A DNA stretch of 64,000 bases from a virus (taxonomy: Duplodnaviria; Heunggongvirae; Uroviricota; Caudoviricetes). The position numbers and the translations under genes were made by a program. The notes under the pieces are model-generated. The model ran no database searches. It saw nothing but the letters and a program-made list of their open reading frames with translations, and was not told the DNA's origin. Of this stretch, positions 19,903-31,442 are shown in pieces (position 1 is the stretch's first letter; every line of letters starts with the position of its first letter). The stretch lies in IMG/VR virus record IMGVR_UViG_3300032092_002720, positions 64,001-128,000 of that record; one strand, 5' to 3'.

Positions 19903-22900
19903 ATGGCTCTGGAAACCAACCTAAACGTATCTCCTTATTTTGATGACTTCGACGTCAAGAAGGACTTCTATAAAGTCCTGTTCCAGCCTGGTGTCGCAGT
20001 CCAAGCACGTGAGCTTAACCAGCTCCAGTCAATCTTGCAAAATCAAATTGAGAAGTTTGGTGACAACGTGTTCAAGCGCGGAACAATCATCGATGGTTGT
20101 ACGATTACTAAGCATGATAAAGTTCCTTATATCAAGATCAACGATTTGACGACAGATGGTCTACAAGTCGATGTCAGTCTTTATAACAATCTGTATGTAA
20201 GAAACGCAAGCAACTTAGAAGCCCACATCAAGAAGACGGTTTCTGGTCTACAATCTCGCGCGCCTGATCTTAATACTCTGTTTGTAAACTACATTAACTC
20301 TGGAAATAACTTCGCGACAGATTCTTTTGCTGCAGATGAGACGCTCACAGTCTTCGACAAATCTTACCCTATCTTCAATATCAAAGTAAACGATGGCGCT
20401 TCTAAGTTTAGTAATAGCGACACGGTTGTAGTGATGTCGGCGCTTGCTGTACAAAATAGTACCGGCGGTGCAGCAGCAGCTGCAAGCTTTGCGGCTGGAT
20501 CTGTAATTCAGAACGGCGTTGCAAATGCCGTGATTATTGAAGCTAACACAACTGCAAATAGCTCTGCTCTTATCTTGAAGGTGAGACCAGAATATCCTGA
20601 TCTTATTTCTGCAAATACAATTAAGTTTAGATTCGCAGCTGGAGAATCTATTCGTAACGCTACATCTGGAGTATCTGCTAACGTAGTTGCAATTGTCGGT
20701 TCAGGTGCAGTTGGTTCTATTACAACAGACAGTCTAGGTAAAGTTACTGCAGTTCAGGTTGTTGGCCAAGGTTCAGGTTATTACGTAGAACCGCATGTTA
20801 CCATCGCAAACAACTCAACTACTTCTACATTTACTGCCACTGAATTGGGCGAGCTTGAGCTTGCAGCTGAAACATTCCTTGCTACAATTCAGGTCGCAAA
20901 TGCCACATCTGTTCCTATCGGAACTGGTTACGGTGTTACGATCGGAGAAGGCACGATCTATCAAAAGGGATTCTTCTCGAGAGTCGCTTCTCAGTTTGAG
21001 GTTGTAAACAAGTATTCAAACACTGGCTTTGATAAGTCTGTCGGTTTCTATACAAACGAAAGCATCGTCAATTCAAATCAAGATCAGTCGCTTCTTGATA
21101 ATGCCACTGGAACTTTCAACTTTTCAGCTCCTGGTGCAGATCGTCTGAAGCTGACACCAGTCATCAGCGTACTGACAAAAGCAGAAGCAGATGCAAACTC
21201 AGAATTCCTTCCAATCATCGAGTTCACTGATGGTCGTCCGTATCGTGTAAATCAAGATACTGTTTACAATGTCATTGGTCGTCAACTAGCAGCAAGAACC
21301 TACGAAGAATCTGGCAACTATGTCATCGATCAATTCCTTACATTGACAAAAGATTCTGGTACATTCTCAGATACTGCAAGCCTTGTGAACATGAACATTG
21401 ATCCAGGTAAAGCTTATATCAACGGTATTCGTATTGAAACTATCGACAACTATAAGCAAAACATGAACAAGGGTACGACGAAGCTGAATGATCCTGCTTC
21501 ACAGACTCGTCTTGGCTACGGCAACTACTTCGAAGTCGACGAACTTGCTGGTTCGTTCAACTTTGACATCGGCGGAGAAGTCGAACTGCATAGTACAGCT
21601 GCTAATTATCTTAGCACAGGCTCGACTACTATCACTAGCCCTGGCGCAAAGATCGGTACTGCAAGAATTCGCACCTTTGCTTGGCAAAGTGGAGATGTAG
21701 GCAACGCAAATGCCGTTTACAGAATGTATCTCTTCGACATTAAGATGAATGCTGGTAAGAATGTCAAAGATGTAAGAAGCATTTATTCTAGCTCAGGAAA
21801 TAAAGCAATTGCTGACACAGTAGTTAGTGCTACACTCGGAGCGGTGCTTTATGATACAGTCGACTCTTCGCTTCTTTTCAAGCTGAAGAATGCTACGTCA
21901 AATGTGTCGAACATTACGTATCAATATAGAACCATTAATGCATCTGAAACTTCTAATTCTGCCGGCTATGTCGTTCTAAATCTTCCATCGAATGAATATT
22001 TCCCATATACAGAAGAGCTGAATACTTCTGAGAAGCGTGATCTGATTGTAATTCCTAACGGAAATTATAAGTCGCAAATTGTGGCTACTGGTTCAATCGA
22101 AGTGTTCGGAGCAAATGCTACAGTGAATGGTACTGGAACATTGTTCAATACTCAATTTTCACCCGGTGATTGGGTTCAAATTTCTAACTCGAGCGGATAT
22201 AACGCTAACACGACTTATGCACAGATCGCATCGATTGCAAACAGTACTTCGTTGACTCTTGCCACAAATGCAGGAAAAACTTATTCTGGCGGTAGTATTA
22301 CTCTTTATTACCCTCAAAATATTCCGATCTCGCTGACAAATAAGGCATCGAAGTGGGCAAATGTCGACAGCTCGAACAGTCAAGTCATGACGATCTACTT
22401 CGGTAACAATGTCGCTAATGCCACTTCAAATGCTGCCGCTTCGATGCCAGTTTCAGTGGTGTATAATGCGCAAAGAAACAACGTAAGCTCTGCTGCCAAG
22501 ACGTCAAATCGCGGCAACTACGCCAGAATTCGTATCGCAAATAACAACAGCGCAGGTATTCGTGGACCATGGCCTCTCGGCGTATCAGACGCATATCGTC
22601 TGCGCGGAGTATGGAGAAAAGACGCCACTGTTCAAGATATCACGTTTGACGTATCGACAAACATTGCAAATTCCGGAACTGCGAATGCGTTTATTACCGT
22701 AACAAACAACCCATTTGCTAACGGCGATTCACTCGTATATTCGAATGCTGCAGGTGTAGGTGTACTCGGCGGCTTAACTAACGGCACTACATACTACGCA
22801 GTATACGCCAACACAAGCGGATTCGCACTCTCTGCTACTCGCGGGGGTGCAAACCTCACTCTTACATCGAATAGTTCTTCTACTCATAAGTTTACTGGTA

Positions 22901-25293
22901 ATACCATGTACTTCACTGAGAACACGTACGGTGTAACAGACGTCACGAATCAGTTTTATATTGACAGCGGTCAAAATGAAGATTTCCTTGATATTTCTAA
23001 GCTTGTAAGAAAACCGAGATATGATACGCTTGCGGCGAATGACGTCCTTCTTGTAAAGTTTGATGCTTTCCAATCTGCATCAGGCGTCAAGACAATTTCT
23101 TCTTATACGATTAACGATAGTGCAAATCTTGCTTCTCTAGTGAGCGACGTAAGTATTAATACCATGGAACTCGCCGAGTTCGAAGGAAAAACTGGAATTT
23201 ATTATGATGTAAGAGATTGCGTAGATCTTCGTCCATCGGCGGCAAATACAATCAACTATGTGACTGATATTTCTTCGGTTGCTGCTGGTGCAAACGCCGC
23301 ATCGATTATCAATCCTACGCTTCCTTCAAATGCAAACTACTTCTCTTCGGCTAGCGCATTTTTCCCAGTGCCTAACTCTACATTGTCTGCAAATGTAAGT
23401 TCCTATCTTGGAAGAGTTGATCGAGTTATTATCAATTCGAACGGCGGATTTGAAATAAGAAACGGCGAACCAGGTATTTCTCCTGTTCTGCCACCCGCAC
23501 AAGACAATTCGCTTACTTTGCAAATATACAATATTCCTCCGTATCCTTCTCTTCCAGAAGTACTTTCTGCTGAGATGATTGCTATTACAGATACGAAAGT
23601 AATGAGCGCCATTTCTGGAAAAAGAAAGAGCACCTATACTATCAAGCCTTCAATCAGCGCTGCTCAAAGAACTCGCATTCAACAGCGTCGTTATACGATG
23701 GCTGATATCGGTAGCCTCGATAAGAGAATTAAGGATCTGGAATATTACGTATCGTTTACTCTTGCAGAAGCATTAGCAAAATCAAGATTTATTCCGAGTA
23801 GTTTAGATGCGGCTCTTGATAGATTTAAGTTTGGATTCTTCGTAGATCCTTTCACCGATTATGTTTATGCAGATGTTGGAAATCCAGAATTTTATGCTAC
23901 TATTAAAAACGACCAGCTTGGACCATATCTGAGAGAGTTAAATCTTCAGTTTAAGCCAGATGGCACAGGACAAGAAGATGGCATTCTGACACTTCCATAT
24001 AACGAGTTTGTGATTGGAGAACAGAGCGTCGCAACTGCAGGACCTCTTCCAGTTGCAAATACTGCTGCAAATACTGCCGCGAATACAACTGGAAATGTTG
24101 TTGTTACTACTGTTACTCAAAGAATAGAATCAACAGTAGCAAGAGAAAGAAGCACCAGCGTTTCGGATTCTGGCACAGTGTTCGAAGAATTTGTTTATCG
24201 ATTCAGCAGTCTTTCTGGACCAGCCGAACTTTATGTAGTTTCTCGCGACAATGCCATTTCGGCAACTGTCTATCAAGGAGCTTCAGAAAATGGTCCATGG
24301 ACAGCCACTCAAACTTCTGCGTCTGCGACTGGAATTACCAGCGCTGATATTGCCAGACTCTATCAAATAAACCAGCTTAACGATGGTCGTGGAGTCGAGC
24401 ATGTTGGAAGCATTGAGCGCAAGTCATATCCAACCGGTATCGATTCTGGTACTTTCCTTGAAGATCAATTTAAGATCACATGGACGCATGATCCTGCTGC
24501 AGGCCAATATGCAAAGGTGAGAATATACAAGGGTAAGAAACGCGGAGGTCTATTTGGTGGACAAGGCAGAACAGGAACTTATGGTTACCTTCTGCAATAT
24601 CCGACAGATTCTGTAACAACTTCGACAATTACGGTAGCGAATCCAAATACGTTTGAATATACGGGCGCTGTACATAACATAAATCCAAGTTCATTCACAA
24701 TTACCAATTCGATGTTTAGTTATTTTAACTTCGACAGAGGATCAGATCTATCTTACATTGCTGATTCTCAGAAGTTTATAATTTCTGTATCTGGCTTGAA
24801 GCCGAATACGAATCATACGTTTACGTTTGATGGAGAAAACAGAACTTCGAAGTGTTCACAAGTAAGAACATCTACGACGAATACTACTGGCCTCCGAAGC
24901 GACGAAAACGGTGTCATGACATTCGATTTTTATTATGACGCCGGTCTCGATGAAGCAGCAACTGATGCAGCGGCACAAAATCGTATCATCTCTAATATTG
25001 CTGGACAAAAACGATTTGTAATTGAAAATACTGATGGAACTTCGAGAGCAGCAGGCGCAATTACTCTTGCCTACTACTCTAATCTTCCTGCTACAAACAC
25101 TAATAATCTGAATGTTACTGCTTCGACCACTTCTACTTCTGTTGCACAAGCTGACGCCAGAACGAACACTCAGGGTGGTGGAAATGCGACTGAAACCGCG
25201 GTTGATACATTTATTGATCCGAGTGGTACTTACAACGTGATCAGACTCGATCTTCGAAACTTTGAATCACAGATAAATTTCAATCTACCATAA
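19903..25293 (+). CDS. Large virion structural protein, VrlC/DUF4815-like
   Basis: N.NVSPYFDDFD..K.FYKVLF.PG..VQARELNQLQS.LQ.Q N-terminus, APGADRLK, RTY.ESG.Y, RRYTM.DIG.L.KRI..LEYY and RFK.GFFVD.F. Confidence 0.88.
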   Translation: MALETNLNVSPYFDDFDVKKDFYKVLFQPGVAVQARELNQLQSILQNQIEKFGDNVFKRGTIIDGCTITKHDKVPYIKINDLTTDGLQVDVSLYNNLYVRNASNLEAHIKKTVSGLQSRAPDLNTLFVNYINSGNNFATDSFAADETLTVFDKSYPIFNIKVNDGASKFSNSDTVVVMSALAVQNSTGGAAAAASFAAGSVIQNGVANAVIIEANTTANSSALILKVRPEYPDLISANTIKFRFAAGESIRNATSGVSANVVAIVGSGAVGSITTDSLGKVTAVQVVGQGSGYYVEPHVTIANNSTTSTFTATELGELELAAETFLATIQVANATSVPIGTGYGVTIGEGTIYQKGFFSRVASQFEVVNKYSNTGFDKSVGFYTNESIVNSNQDQSLLDNATGTFNFSAPGADRLKLTPVISVLTKAEADANSEFLPIIEFTDGRPYRVNQDTVYNVIGRQLAARTYEESGNYVIDQFLTLTKDSGTFSDTASLVNMNIDPGKAYINGIRIETIDNYKQNMNKGTTKLNDPASQTRLGYGNYFEVDELAGSFNFDIGGEVELHSTAANYLSTGSTTITSPGAKIGTARIRTFAWQSGDVGNANAVYRMYLFDIKMNAGKNVKDVRSIYSSSGNKAIADTVVSATLGAVLYDTVDSSLLFKLKNATSNVSNITYQYRTINASETSNSAGYVVLNLPSNEYFPYTEELNTSEKRDLIVIPNGNYKSQIVATGSIEVFGANATVNGTGTLFNTQFSPGDWVQISNSSGYNANTTYAQIASIANSTSLTLATNAGKTYSGGSITLYYPQNIPISLTNKASKWANVDSSNSQVMTIYFGNNVANATSNAAASMPVSVVYNAQRNNVSSAAKTSNRGNYARIRIANNNSAGIRGPWPLGVSDAYRLRGVWRKDATVQDITFDVSTNIANSGTANAFITVTNNPFANGDSLVYSNAAGVGVLGGLTNGTTYYAVYANTSGFALSATRGGANLTLTSNSSSTHKFTGNTMYFTENTYGVTDVTNQFYIDSGQNEDFLDISKLVRKPRYDTLAANDVLLVKFDAFQSASGVKTISSYTINDSANLASLVSDVSINTMELAEFEGKTGIYYDVRDCVDLRPSAANTINYVTDISSVAAGANAASIINPTLPSNANYFSSASAFFPVPNSTLSANVSSYLGRVDRVIINSNGGFEIRNGEPGISPVLPPAQDNSLTLQIYNIPPYPSLPEVLSAEMIAITDTKVMSAISGKRKSTYTIKPSISAAQRTRIQQRRYTMADIGSLDKRIKDLEYYVSFTLAEALAKSRFIPSSLDAALDRFKFGFFVDPFTDYVYADVGNPEFYATIKNDQLGPYLRELNLQFKPDGTGQEDGILTLPYNEFVIGEQSVATAGPLPVANTAANTAANTTGNVVVTTVTQRIESTVARERSTSVSDSGTVFEEFVYRFSSLSGPAELYVVSRDNAISATVYQGASENGPWTATQTSASATGITSADIARLYQINQLNDGRGVEHVGSIERKSYPTGIDSGTFLEDQFKITWTHDPAAGQYAKVRIYKGKKRGGLFGGQGRTGTYGYLLQYPTDSVTTSTITVANPNTFEYTGAVHNINPSSFTITNSMFSYFNFDRGSDLSYIADSQKFIISVSGLKPNTNHTFTFDGENRTSKCSQVRTSTTNTTGLRSDENGVMTFDFYYDAGLDEAATDAAAQNRIISNIAGQKRFVIENTDGTSRAAGAITLAYYSNLPATNTNNLNVTASTTSTSVAQADARTNTQGGGNATETAVDTFIDPSGTYNVIRLDLRNFESQINFNLP

Positions 25294-25339
25294 GATCGAT
25301 AGAGTAGTAGATAAATAATAAAAATAAACGAGGAAATGC

Positions 25340-27451
25340 ATGTCTGCCTTTAACTATATTCAAACCTTTTACGTGAATCCGCAAACAGTGGCTAACGCTC
25401 CTGAAGTCATGCTCACATCCATCGACGTCTTCTTTAAGGCTAAGCCTGTGCGTGGAGCCACCGTTTCAGGCGCAGTGGCTCCTACAGTAAACGCTTGGAT
25501 TTGCGAAGTAGAAAACGATTCTCCTTTTGAAACTCGTCAGCTTCGCAACTCCATGACTCTTATTCCATATGATTTGATTAATACTTCTCAAGATGCTTCG
25601 GCGGCAACAGTAATCGGATTTAAAGATCCTGTTCGTTTGGCCACTGGAAAGCATTACGGATTAGTTCTTAAATTTAATGATCCAGGATTTGATGTATGGC
25701 AAAACGTACTCGGTGATAGACTCGTAACCGACGGTCAGATTACTAATACGTTGTCTGTAGGTTCAAGAGGAACACACGGCGGCAAGCTATATGTTCCTAC
25801 GAATACTTCTTCTCACCGTTCGCTAAGCGATAGAGATCTGAAGTTTAAAGTAAAGGTTGCCAGATACACTGCTAATAACATTACAATCAGCCTTGTAAAT
25901 AAAGATTATGAATTCTTCACGATCGATAACACCAACACAGGTGCATTTATCGGTGGAGAATATATCTATCAAGATATCGCCAATGCCTCTGGTACTGTTA
26001 CGGTTTCTACGAACAGCTTAAACGTAGTTGGTGTTGCAACAACTTTTACTAATCTTCTTGGCGGCGCTAAAATTTTAGTTCAAAGCGGTGGATCTAAACA
26101 GATTCTATCTGTGAATGCTATTACGAATGCCACACACATGACAATTGCAAGCTTACCAGCTTTCTCTGCTTCTGGAATCGGTTATAAAGTTCCACCCGTA
26201 GGTTTGGCATATAACATAGATTATCCAAAAAATAAACTGATTTTGGTCGACTCAACTGCAAATACTACAAATAAATTTGCCGTCAGTGGTGGCAGAATTA
26301 TAGGAGAAAGATCGGGAGCGACTGCAAATATTGCTTCTATCGATCGCTATCCAGTTGATAACTTTAAACCTTCGTTTCTCATTGGCAATCCTTCTGGCTC
26401 TACGTTTACGCTGAATTATAGGATTGCCAACTCTGCGAATCAGTTATCTTCTACATCGACAAATATCAATCTTCTGCAAATGAATGATTCGGCAACCACA
26501 GGATATATCTTATCTCGCTCGGTTGAAGTTGATGGCTCAAATCTTTTCGGAGACAGAAAAAAGTCGGTTGTTGCAAATCTGAATATTGCTGTGAGCACAG
26601 CTGAGATCGATCGCTTTAGTGTTCCTTATGCAACTACCCGCGAACTTGACTTCTACTTCTATCAGAACGACATCAACAACGTTTACACAGAGACAAGAAC
26701 AGTAGGACTTAGCAGCATTGCTAACTATGACACAGAAACTGGTGCAAACGGTCTTGCTAAATCGAAGTATGTCTCAAAGGTTATTAAATTTGCTCAAGAC
26801 AAATATGCAGAAGATATCGTAGTATATCTGACAGGTTATCGTCCGGCTGGAACAGAAATCAAAGTCTATGCGAAAATTCATAACGCTGCAGACAGAGAAT
26901 CATTCCAAAGTAAAGCATGGACTCCTCTTGTATTGAAAGATAATATCGATCGCTTTAGCTCGACAGATCCAAATGATATGTACGAGTTTACATATGGATT
27001 CGATACAGCCCCTGAACTTCAAGCCGCTCTTCCAGGAACAGGCACGATTACTTATGGTTCGAATAGCATCGCTACAACAAGCAATCATTCTGCTACAGTT
27101 ACCGCGGGTGATTTGATTCGAATCAGAGATCAAGACTTTGGTAATCATGAAGTGTTTGTAGTTTCGGCAGCAAATACCACTGCCATCGAAACATATCGAA
27201 ACATTACAACATCAACTCTCGTGTCTTCTCCTGGCCGACCAACAAGATCAGATATTGTTATCGATAAACTGAAGTATAGAAACGTCGCATGGAACAATGC
27301 TGAAAATGATAACACTGTAAGATATGTCAACTCTGAATATGTTGAGTTTGATCTCTATACATCGATGCAAATCAAGATCGTTCTTCTTGCAACTCAATCT
27401 CATATTGTTCCAAAGGTAGAAACTGTCAGTGTAGTCGGAGTATCGGCATAA
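25340..27451 (+). CDS. Virion structural protein resembling the C-terminal part of VrlC-like proteins
   Basis: QTFYV...LTSIDVFF..KP, DLKF....A.Y and YVSKVI.F motifs normally at the end of long VrlC-like proteins. Confidence 0.65.
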   Translation: MSAFNYIQTFYVNPQTVANAPEVMLTSIDVFFKAKPVRGATVSGAVAPTVNAWICEVENDSPFETRQLRNSMTLIPYDLINTSQDASAATVIGFKDPVRLATGKHYGLVLKFNDPGFDVWQNVLGDRLVTDGQITNTLSVGSRGTHGGKLYVPTNTSSHRSLSDRDLKFKVKVARYTANNITISLVNKDYEFFTIDNTNTGAFIGGEYIYQDIANASGTVTVSTNSLNVVGVATTFTNLLGGAKILVQSGGSKQILSVNAITNATHMTIASLPAFSASGIGYKVPPVGLAYNIDYPKNKLILVDSTANTTNKFAVSGGRIIGERSGATANIASIDRYPVDNFKPSFLIGNPSGSTFTLNYRIANSANQLSSTSTNINLLQMNDSATTGYILSRSVEVDGSNLFGDRKKSVVANLNIAVSTAEIDRFSVPYATTRELDFYFYQNDINNVYTETRTVGLSSIANYDTETGANGLAKSKYVSKVIKFAQDKYAEDIVVYLTGYRPAGTEIKVYAKIHNAADRESFQSKAWTPLVLKDNIDRFSSTDPNDMYEFTYGFDTAPELQAALPGTGTITYGSNSIATTSNHSATVTAGDLIRIRDQDFGNHEVFVVSAANTTAIETYRNITTSTLVSSPGRPTRSDIVIDKLKYRNVAWNNAENDNTVRYVNSEYVEFDLYTSMQIKIVLLATQSHIVPKVETVSVVGVSA

Positions 27452-27660
27452 TGTTGATGAAAACTGAAACTGACGGGTTCATGAAAGATACTTCTACTGG
27501 AGCTTTCATAAATACAGATGATGCATCTTATGCAAAGTTTGTAGCAGAAAGATCGAAAGTGAAGAATAGCAAAGATCTATCAAATAGAATAAGTGCAGTC
27601 GAAGATGATCTCAAAGAAATTAAAACTCTACTCTTACAAGTAGTGAATGGAAGAAATTAA
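27451..27660 (+). CDS. Small conserved hypothetical protein
   Basis: 69 aa with ..D..TGA.IN.D...Y and a C-terminal coiled coil. Stop/start overlaps on both sides. Confidence 0.75.
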   Translation: MLMKTETDGFMKDTSTGAFINTDDASYAKFVAERSKVKNSKDLSNRISAVEDDLKEIKTLLLQVVNGRN

Positions 27661-29714
27661 TGTCAAGACCAGTAGCTAATGTTGATGTAATTACCGACTC
27701 ATTCGAGATTTGGCTCTTAGAGACCAATGAACTTCTTCATGCGCTCTCGACAGAAATCATCACTGCAAACAGCACATATGCAAATACAGGTAACACTGCG
27801 TTTCCAAGAACAGCTCAACTGTATGGAACGTTTGGTGCTAACAATCTAGTCGTAACAAACTGGATGAAGGGCGGTAACGTCAACGGTTCGTTTGCGAATC
27901 TGATGATCAGTACGAACACGGTTCTGAGCAATGTGACATCGACCGAAATTCGTCTGGAAGTTGCCAATGGTTCTTCGAACACATTCATGTGGCAGTATGG
28001 TCTACATGCTGGTTTGACCGGTGCAAACCTCGTAGCCAATACGACCAAGCTGACGATTCAGTCTAACTCTACCACGAATACAACAGCAACTGCATTCGCA
28101 GTTGTTGCCGCGAATAGCACTAACACTGCTACTATGAATCCAATTAGCTTTAGCACTGGACTCTTCGTCGCGAACACGATTCAGATCTCTCTTGGTGCTA
28201 ACGTCACTGCCAATGCTACAAACGGCGGTACGATCCAAGTCACAGGATCAGGTGCAGTAGGTAACAGTGTATCAAATAGCAGCGGTCTATATGTAGGCAA
28301 CACTGTTACGAACAGTCAAATGACGAGCGTTCGATTCTTTGCATCAGAAGGTAGCAATACCGTACTCGCAAACAATCAGCTCATCAGCATTGCAAATAGC
28401 ACTTCATCTGCTAACATGGATCCTATCAGTTTCACGACTGGTATCTTTACAGCTAACACAATTCAAGTTTCTCTTGGCGCCAACGTGACTGCAAATGCTA
28501 CTAATGGTGGCACGATCCAAGTCACAGGAACTGGCACAGTCGGTAATACGGTTGCAAATAGCAGCGGTCTACATGTAGGTAATACTTTAAACTCTTCGCA
28601 AGTGACTGCAGTTAGATTCCTTGCATCTGAAGGTTCAAATACCACTCTTGCAAATACTCGAATCATTAGCATCGCTAACTCGAGTGCCACTGCAAACATC
28701 GAGCCAAATGCATTTAAGACTGGCATCTTTACTGCCAATACTATTCAGATTTCTCTAGGTGCCAATGTAACTGCGAATGCTACCAACGGCGGTACAGTTC
28801 AAGTAACTGGATCTGCCACTGTTGGTAACGTAGTCGCTAACAGCAGCGGAGTCTTTGTAGGCAACAGCCTCAACTCTGTTGAACACTCTGCTGTCAGAGT
28901 CTATGCTGTTGAAGGTTCGAATACCACTCTTGCAAATACTCGAATCATCAGTATTGCCAACTCAACATCAACATCTAACGTTACTCCGACAGGATTCTTT
29001 GCTGGTATCGTCACTGCCAACCAAACAGTTGTTGCAGTCGGTGCGAATGTCTTTGCAAATGCAACTACTGTACTTGTCGGCAACGCGACGTTTAATACGG
29101 CGATTGGTAATGGATCGATCACTGCATCTGCTAATCTTACCATCACGCCAACAAGCCATCTTGTTGTTGTAGGTGCTGCAACAGTCAGTTCGAACGTTGC
29201 TCTTGCAAACACGCTGGCAGTTACAGGAAATACAAATCTTTCGAATACGCTCTCGGTAACAGGAGCTACTGTACTTTCAAATACATTGGCGGTGACAGGT
29301 GGAGCCACTCTTTCAAATACGCTCGCAGTCACTGGTCCTGCTACACATGCAAACATCGTGACTTTCAAGACTGAGCACGTAGTTGATGTCTTTGCAAACG
29401 GAAATCTTGGAGCTACGACTGGCTCAGATCTTCTTGTCTTCGAATATCCAAAGGCAGACTATAGCACAGCTAAACTTCTCATTCAATTGAAAAATGCCGG
29501 TAATACACAGATCTCTGAAGTACTACTTGCTCATGATAATTCGACTGCGCAGCTTACAACATACGGTACGGTTTCTTCACCTGTTGCAGCTAATTCCGGA
29601 GTTAGCTTACTTGGTACTTTCTCTGCGAACGTGGCTACGGCAAACGTAAGAGTGTATGTCAATCAAACAAGATCTAGCACGGCTGCAAAAGTTGTTGCTC
29701 AATTCATTAAGTAA
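27660..29714 (+). CDS. Fibre/structural protein with three internal repeats and a C-terminal Y.SAK..IQ domain
   Basis: Three copies of ISLGANVTANATNGGT.QVTG...GN...NSSG, and a C-terminal YSTAKLLIQ...ISEVLLAHD domain. Confidence 0.7.
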   Translation: MSRPVANVDVITDSFEIWLLETNELLHALSTEIITANSTYANTGNTAFPRTAQLYGTFGANNLVVTNWMKGGNVNGSFANLMISTNTVLSNVTSTEIRLEVANGSSNTFMWQYGLHAGLTGANLVANTTKLTIQSNSTTNTTATAFAVVAANSTNTATMNPISFSTGLFVANTIQISLGANVTANATNGGTIQVTGSGAVGNSVSNSSGLYVGNTVTNSQMTSVRFFASEGSNTVLANNQLISIANSTSSANMDPISFTTGIFTANTIQVSLGANVTANATNGGTIQVTGTGTVGNTVANSSGLHVGNTLNSSQVTAVRFLASEGSNTTLANTRIISIANSSATANIEPNAFKTGIFTANTIQISLGANVTANATNGGTVQVTGSATVGNVVANSSGVFVGNSLNSVEHSAVRVYAVEGSNTTLANTRIISIANSTSTSNVTPTGFFAGIVTANQTVVAVGANVFANATTVLVGNATFNTAIGNGSITASANLTITPTSHLVVVGAATVSSNVALANTLAVTGNTNLSNTLSVTGATVLSNTLAVTGGATLSNTLAVTGPATHANIVTFKTEHVVDVFANGNLGATTGSDLLVFEYPKADYSTAKLLIQLKNAGNTQISEVLLAHDNSTAQLTTYGTVSSPVAANSGVSLLGTFSANVATANVRVYVNQTRSSTAAKVVAQFIK

Positions 29715-29722
29715 GGTAATAT

Positions 29723-31438
29723 ATGTCAGGCGCAAATAATAGATTTAAGGTTGATAACGGTCTAGTTGCTTCTGGCAACGCGATCTTCTATGATCGTGTC
29801 GACGTAGAAGCCAACGCGCACTTTAAAAACGACTTGTTCGTTGTATCTGGTAACCTTGTTGTTAACGGATCTCTTGTTTATGCTAACGTTACCATCGGTC
29901 AAGGTGGTGTTCTTCTGATTGCAGATCAGCAGCCACTCGGTAATACTTCAAATCGTTTCAATGCATTCTTATATGATACTATCTCGTATAGTACACTTCG
30001 CCCGAATGCAAATGGTGGTGCTCTCGGTACTACCACGGCAAGATTCGACGTCTTTGCAAATAACATCACTGTTACGAACACTGTTAACTTCCCAAGTGGA
30101 GCAGGTGTTAACTCGACTCTTTATACTGGTACAGCAAGCAATGCTAACACAGTATACAATATCTCGGCAAATGGTATCGTAGTTCGAACTGGCACAGGAA
30201 CAGGAACAACTGTATCGATTGCTTCTACTGACGGGCTGAGTGTTCTTAATGGAAATGGTGTAGCTGGTAATCCAACGATTAGCTTCGTTGCAAATGCTGG
30301 ACTCTTTACGAATACTGCGGGTGTATGGGTTAACGCTTCAGCTATTACTGTAGGTACACTTCCTACAACTCGTGGTGGAACAGGCGGCAACATTAATAAC
30401 CTTCTACCTACGCAATCTGCTGGTGTAAAGGGTTACGTACTCTCATCAAACGGTGCTGATGGTGTTCTTTATTGGTCTGCACTTGCTGGACCTCAAGGCG
30501 CTCAAGGTGCAACTGGTGCTCAAGGCGCTCAAGGTGCAACTGGTTCGCAAGGACCTATCGGTGTGCAAGGTTCAGCATCTACTGTTCCTGGTCCACAAGG
30601 AGCTCAAGGTATAACTGGAGCTCAAGGCGCCCAAGGAACAACTGGTTCTCAAGGTCCACAAGGACCTTCAGTTCAAGGACCGACTGGACCACAAGGTGCT
30701 CAAGGTATTCAAGGACCACAAGGACCACAAGGAACAACTGGAGCTCAAGGCGCAGCATCGACAGTTCCTGGTCCACAAGGTGCTCAAGGTTTACAAGGAG
30801 CCCAAGGTCCGCAAGGGGCGCAAGGAATTACAGGTGCACAAGGTGCAGCATCAACAGTTCCTGGGCCTCAAGGAGCTCAAGGTTTACAAGGAGCTCAAGG
30901 TGCAACAGGTGCGCAGGGACCTGGAGGTTTGAATGGTGCACAAGGTGCTACTGGTGCTCAAGGACCAGCAGGTTCAAGTATAACGGGTCCTCAAGGACCA
31001 CAAGGTGCACAAGGAAGTGCATCTGGTGCCGTAGCTCCTATTCTCAGACACGTTACAGCTGGATTTACAAGTGGTGGTCAAGTCTTTGTAACCGGTTCTA
31101 CTCCTACTGCTTCTGCCGCTGGTGATATCTGGATCGATACAGCAGGAACTACGGGATATACACAAAGTCTCTCATCAAATGGATGGACTCGATTGCCGAA
31201 CGGCGTGATTCTCCAATGGGGAACAGTAACTGTTACTCCAAATACCACAGGATCTGGATCATTTCCAACATCGTTCACCGCGGTTGCCCGAGCTGTGATG
31301 AATGGCGTAGGAGATACAAGTGTATTTGGACAAGCTTCTAAAGCTGCAACAATCTTTAGTGTTAGCACAACTGGTTTTAGTTGGTTTAACGGAGATGAAA
31401 ATTCTCACACTGGTTACTGGTTAGCAATGGGATATTAA
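29723..31438 (+). CDS. Tail fibre protein with a collagen-like segment and a C-terminal receptor-binding-type domain
   Basis: Long G-X-Y run, and a C-terminal GW.RLPNGVILQWG domain typical of fibre tips. Followed by a chaperone gene. Confidence 0.8.
   Translation: MSGANNRFKVDNGLVASGNAIFYDRVDVEANAHFKNDLFVVSGNLVVNGSLVYANVTIGQGGVLLIADQQPLGNTSNRFNAFLYDTISYSTLRPNANGGALGTTTARFDVFANNITVTNTVNFPSGAGVNSTLYTGTASNANTVYNISANGIVVRTGTGTGTTVSIASTDGLSVLNGNGVAGNPTISFVANAGLFTNTAGVWVNASAITVGTLPTTRGGTGGNINNLLPTQSAGVKGYVLSSNGADGVLYWSALAGPQGAQGATGAQGAQGATGSQGPIGVQGSASTVPGPQGAQGITGAQGAQGTTGSQGPQGPSVQGPTGPQGAQGIQGPQGPQGTTGAQGAASTVPGPQGAQGLQGAQGPQGAQGITGAQGAASTVPGPQGAQGLQGAQGATGAQGPGGLNGAQGATGAQGPAGSSITGPQGPQGAQGSASGAVAPILRHVTAGFTSGGQVFVTGSTPTASAAGDIWIDTAGTTGYTQSLSSNGWTRLPNGVILQWGTVTVTPNTTGSGSFPTSFTAVARAVMNGVGDTSVFGQASKAATIFSVSTTGFSWFNGDENSHTGYWLAMGY
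30488..31015 (+). repeat. Collagen-like (G-X-Y)n coding repeat
   Basis: GPQ/GAQ/GAT triplets with ASTVP interruptions. Confidence 0.92.
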
Positions 31439-31442
31439 TAAA

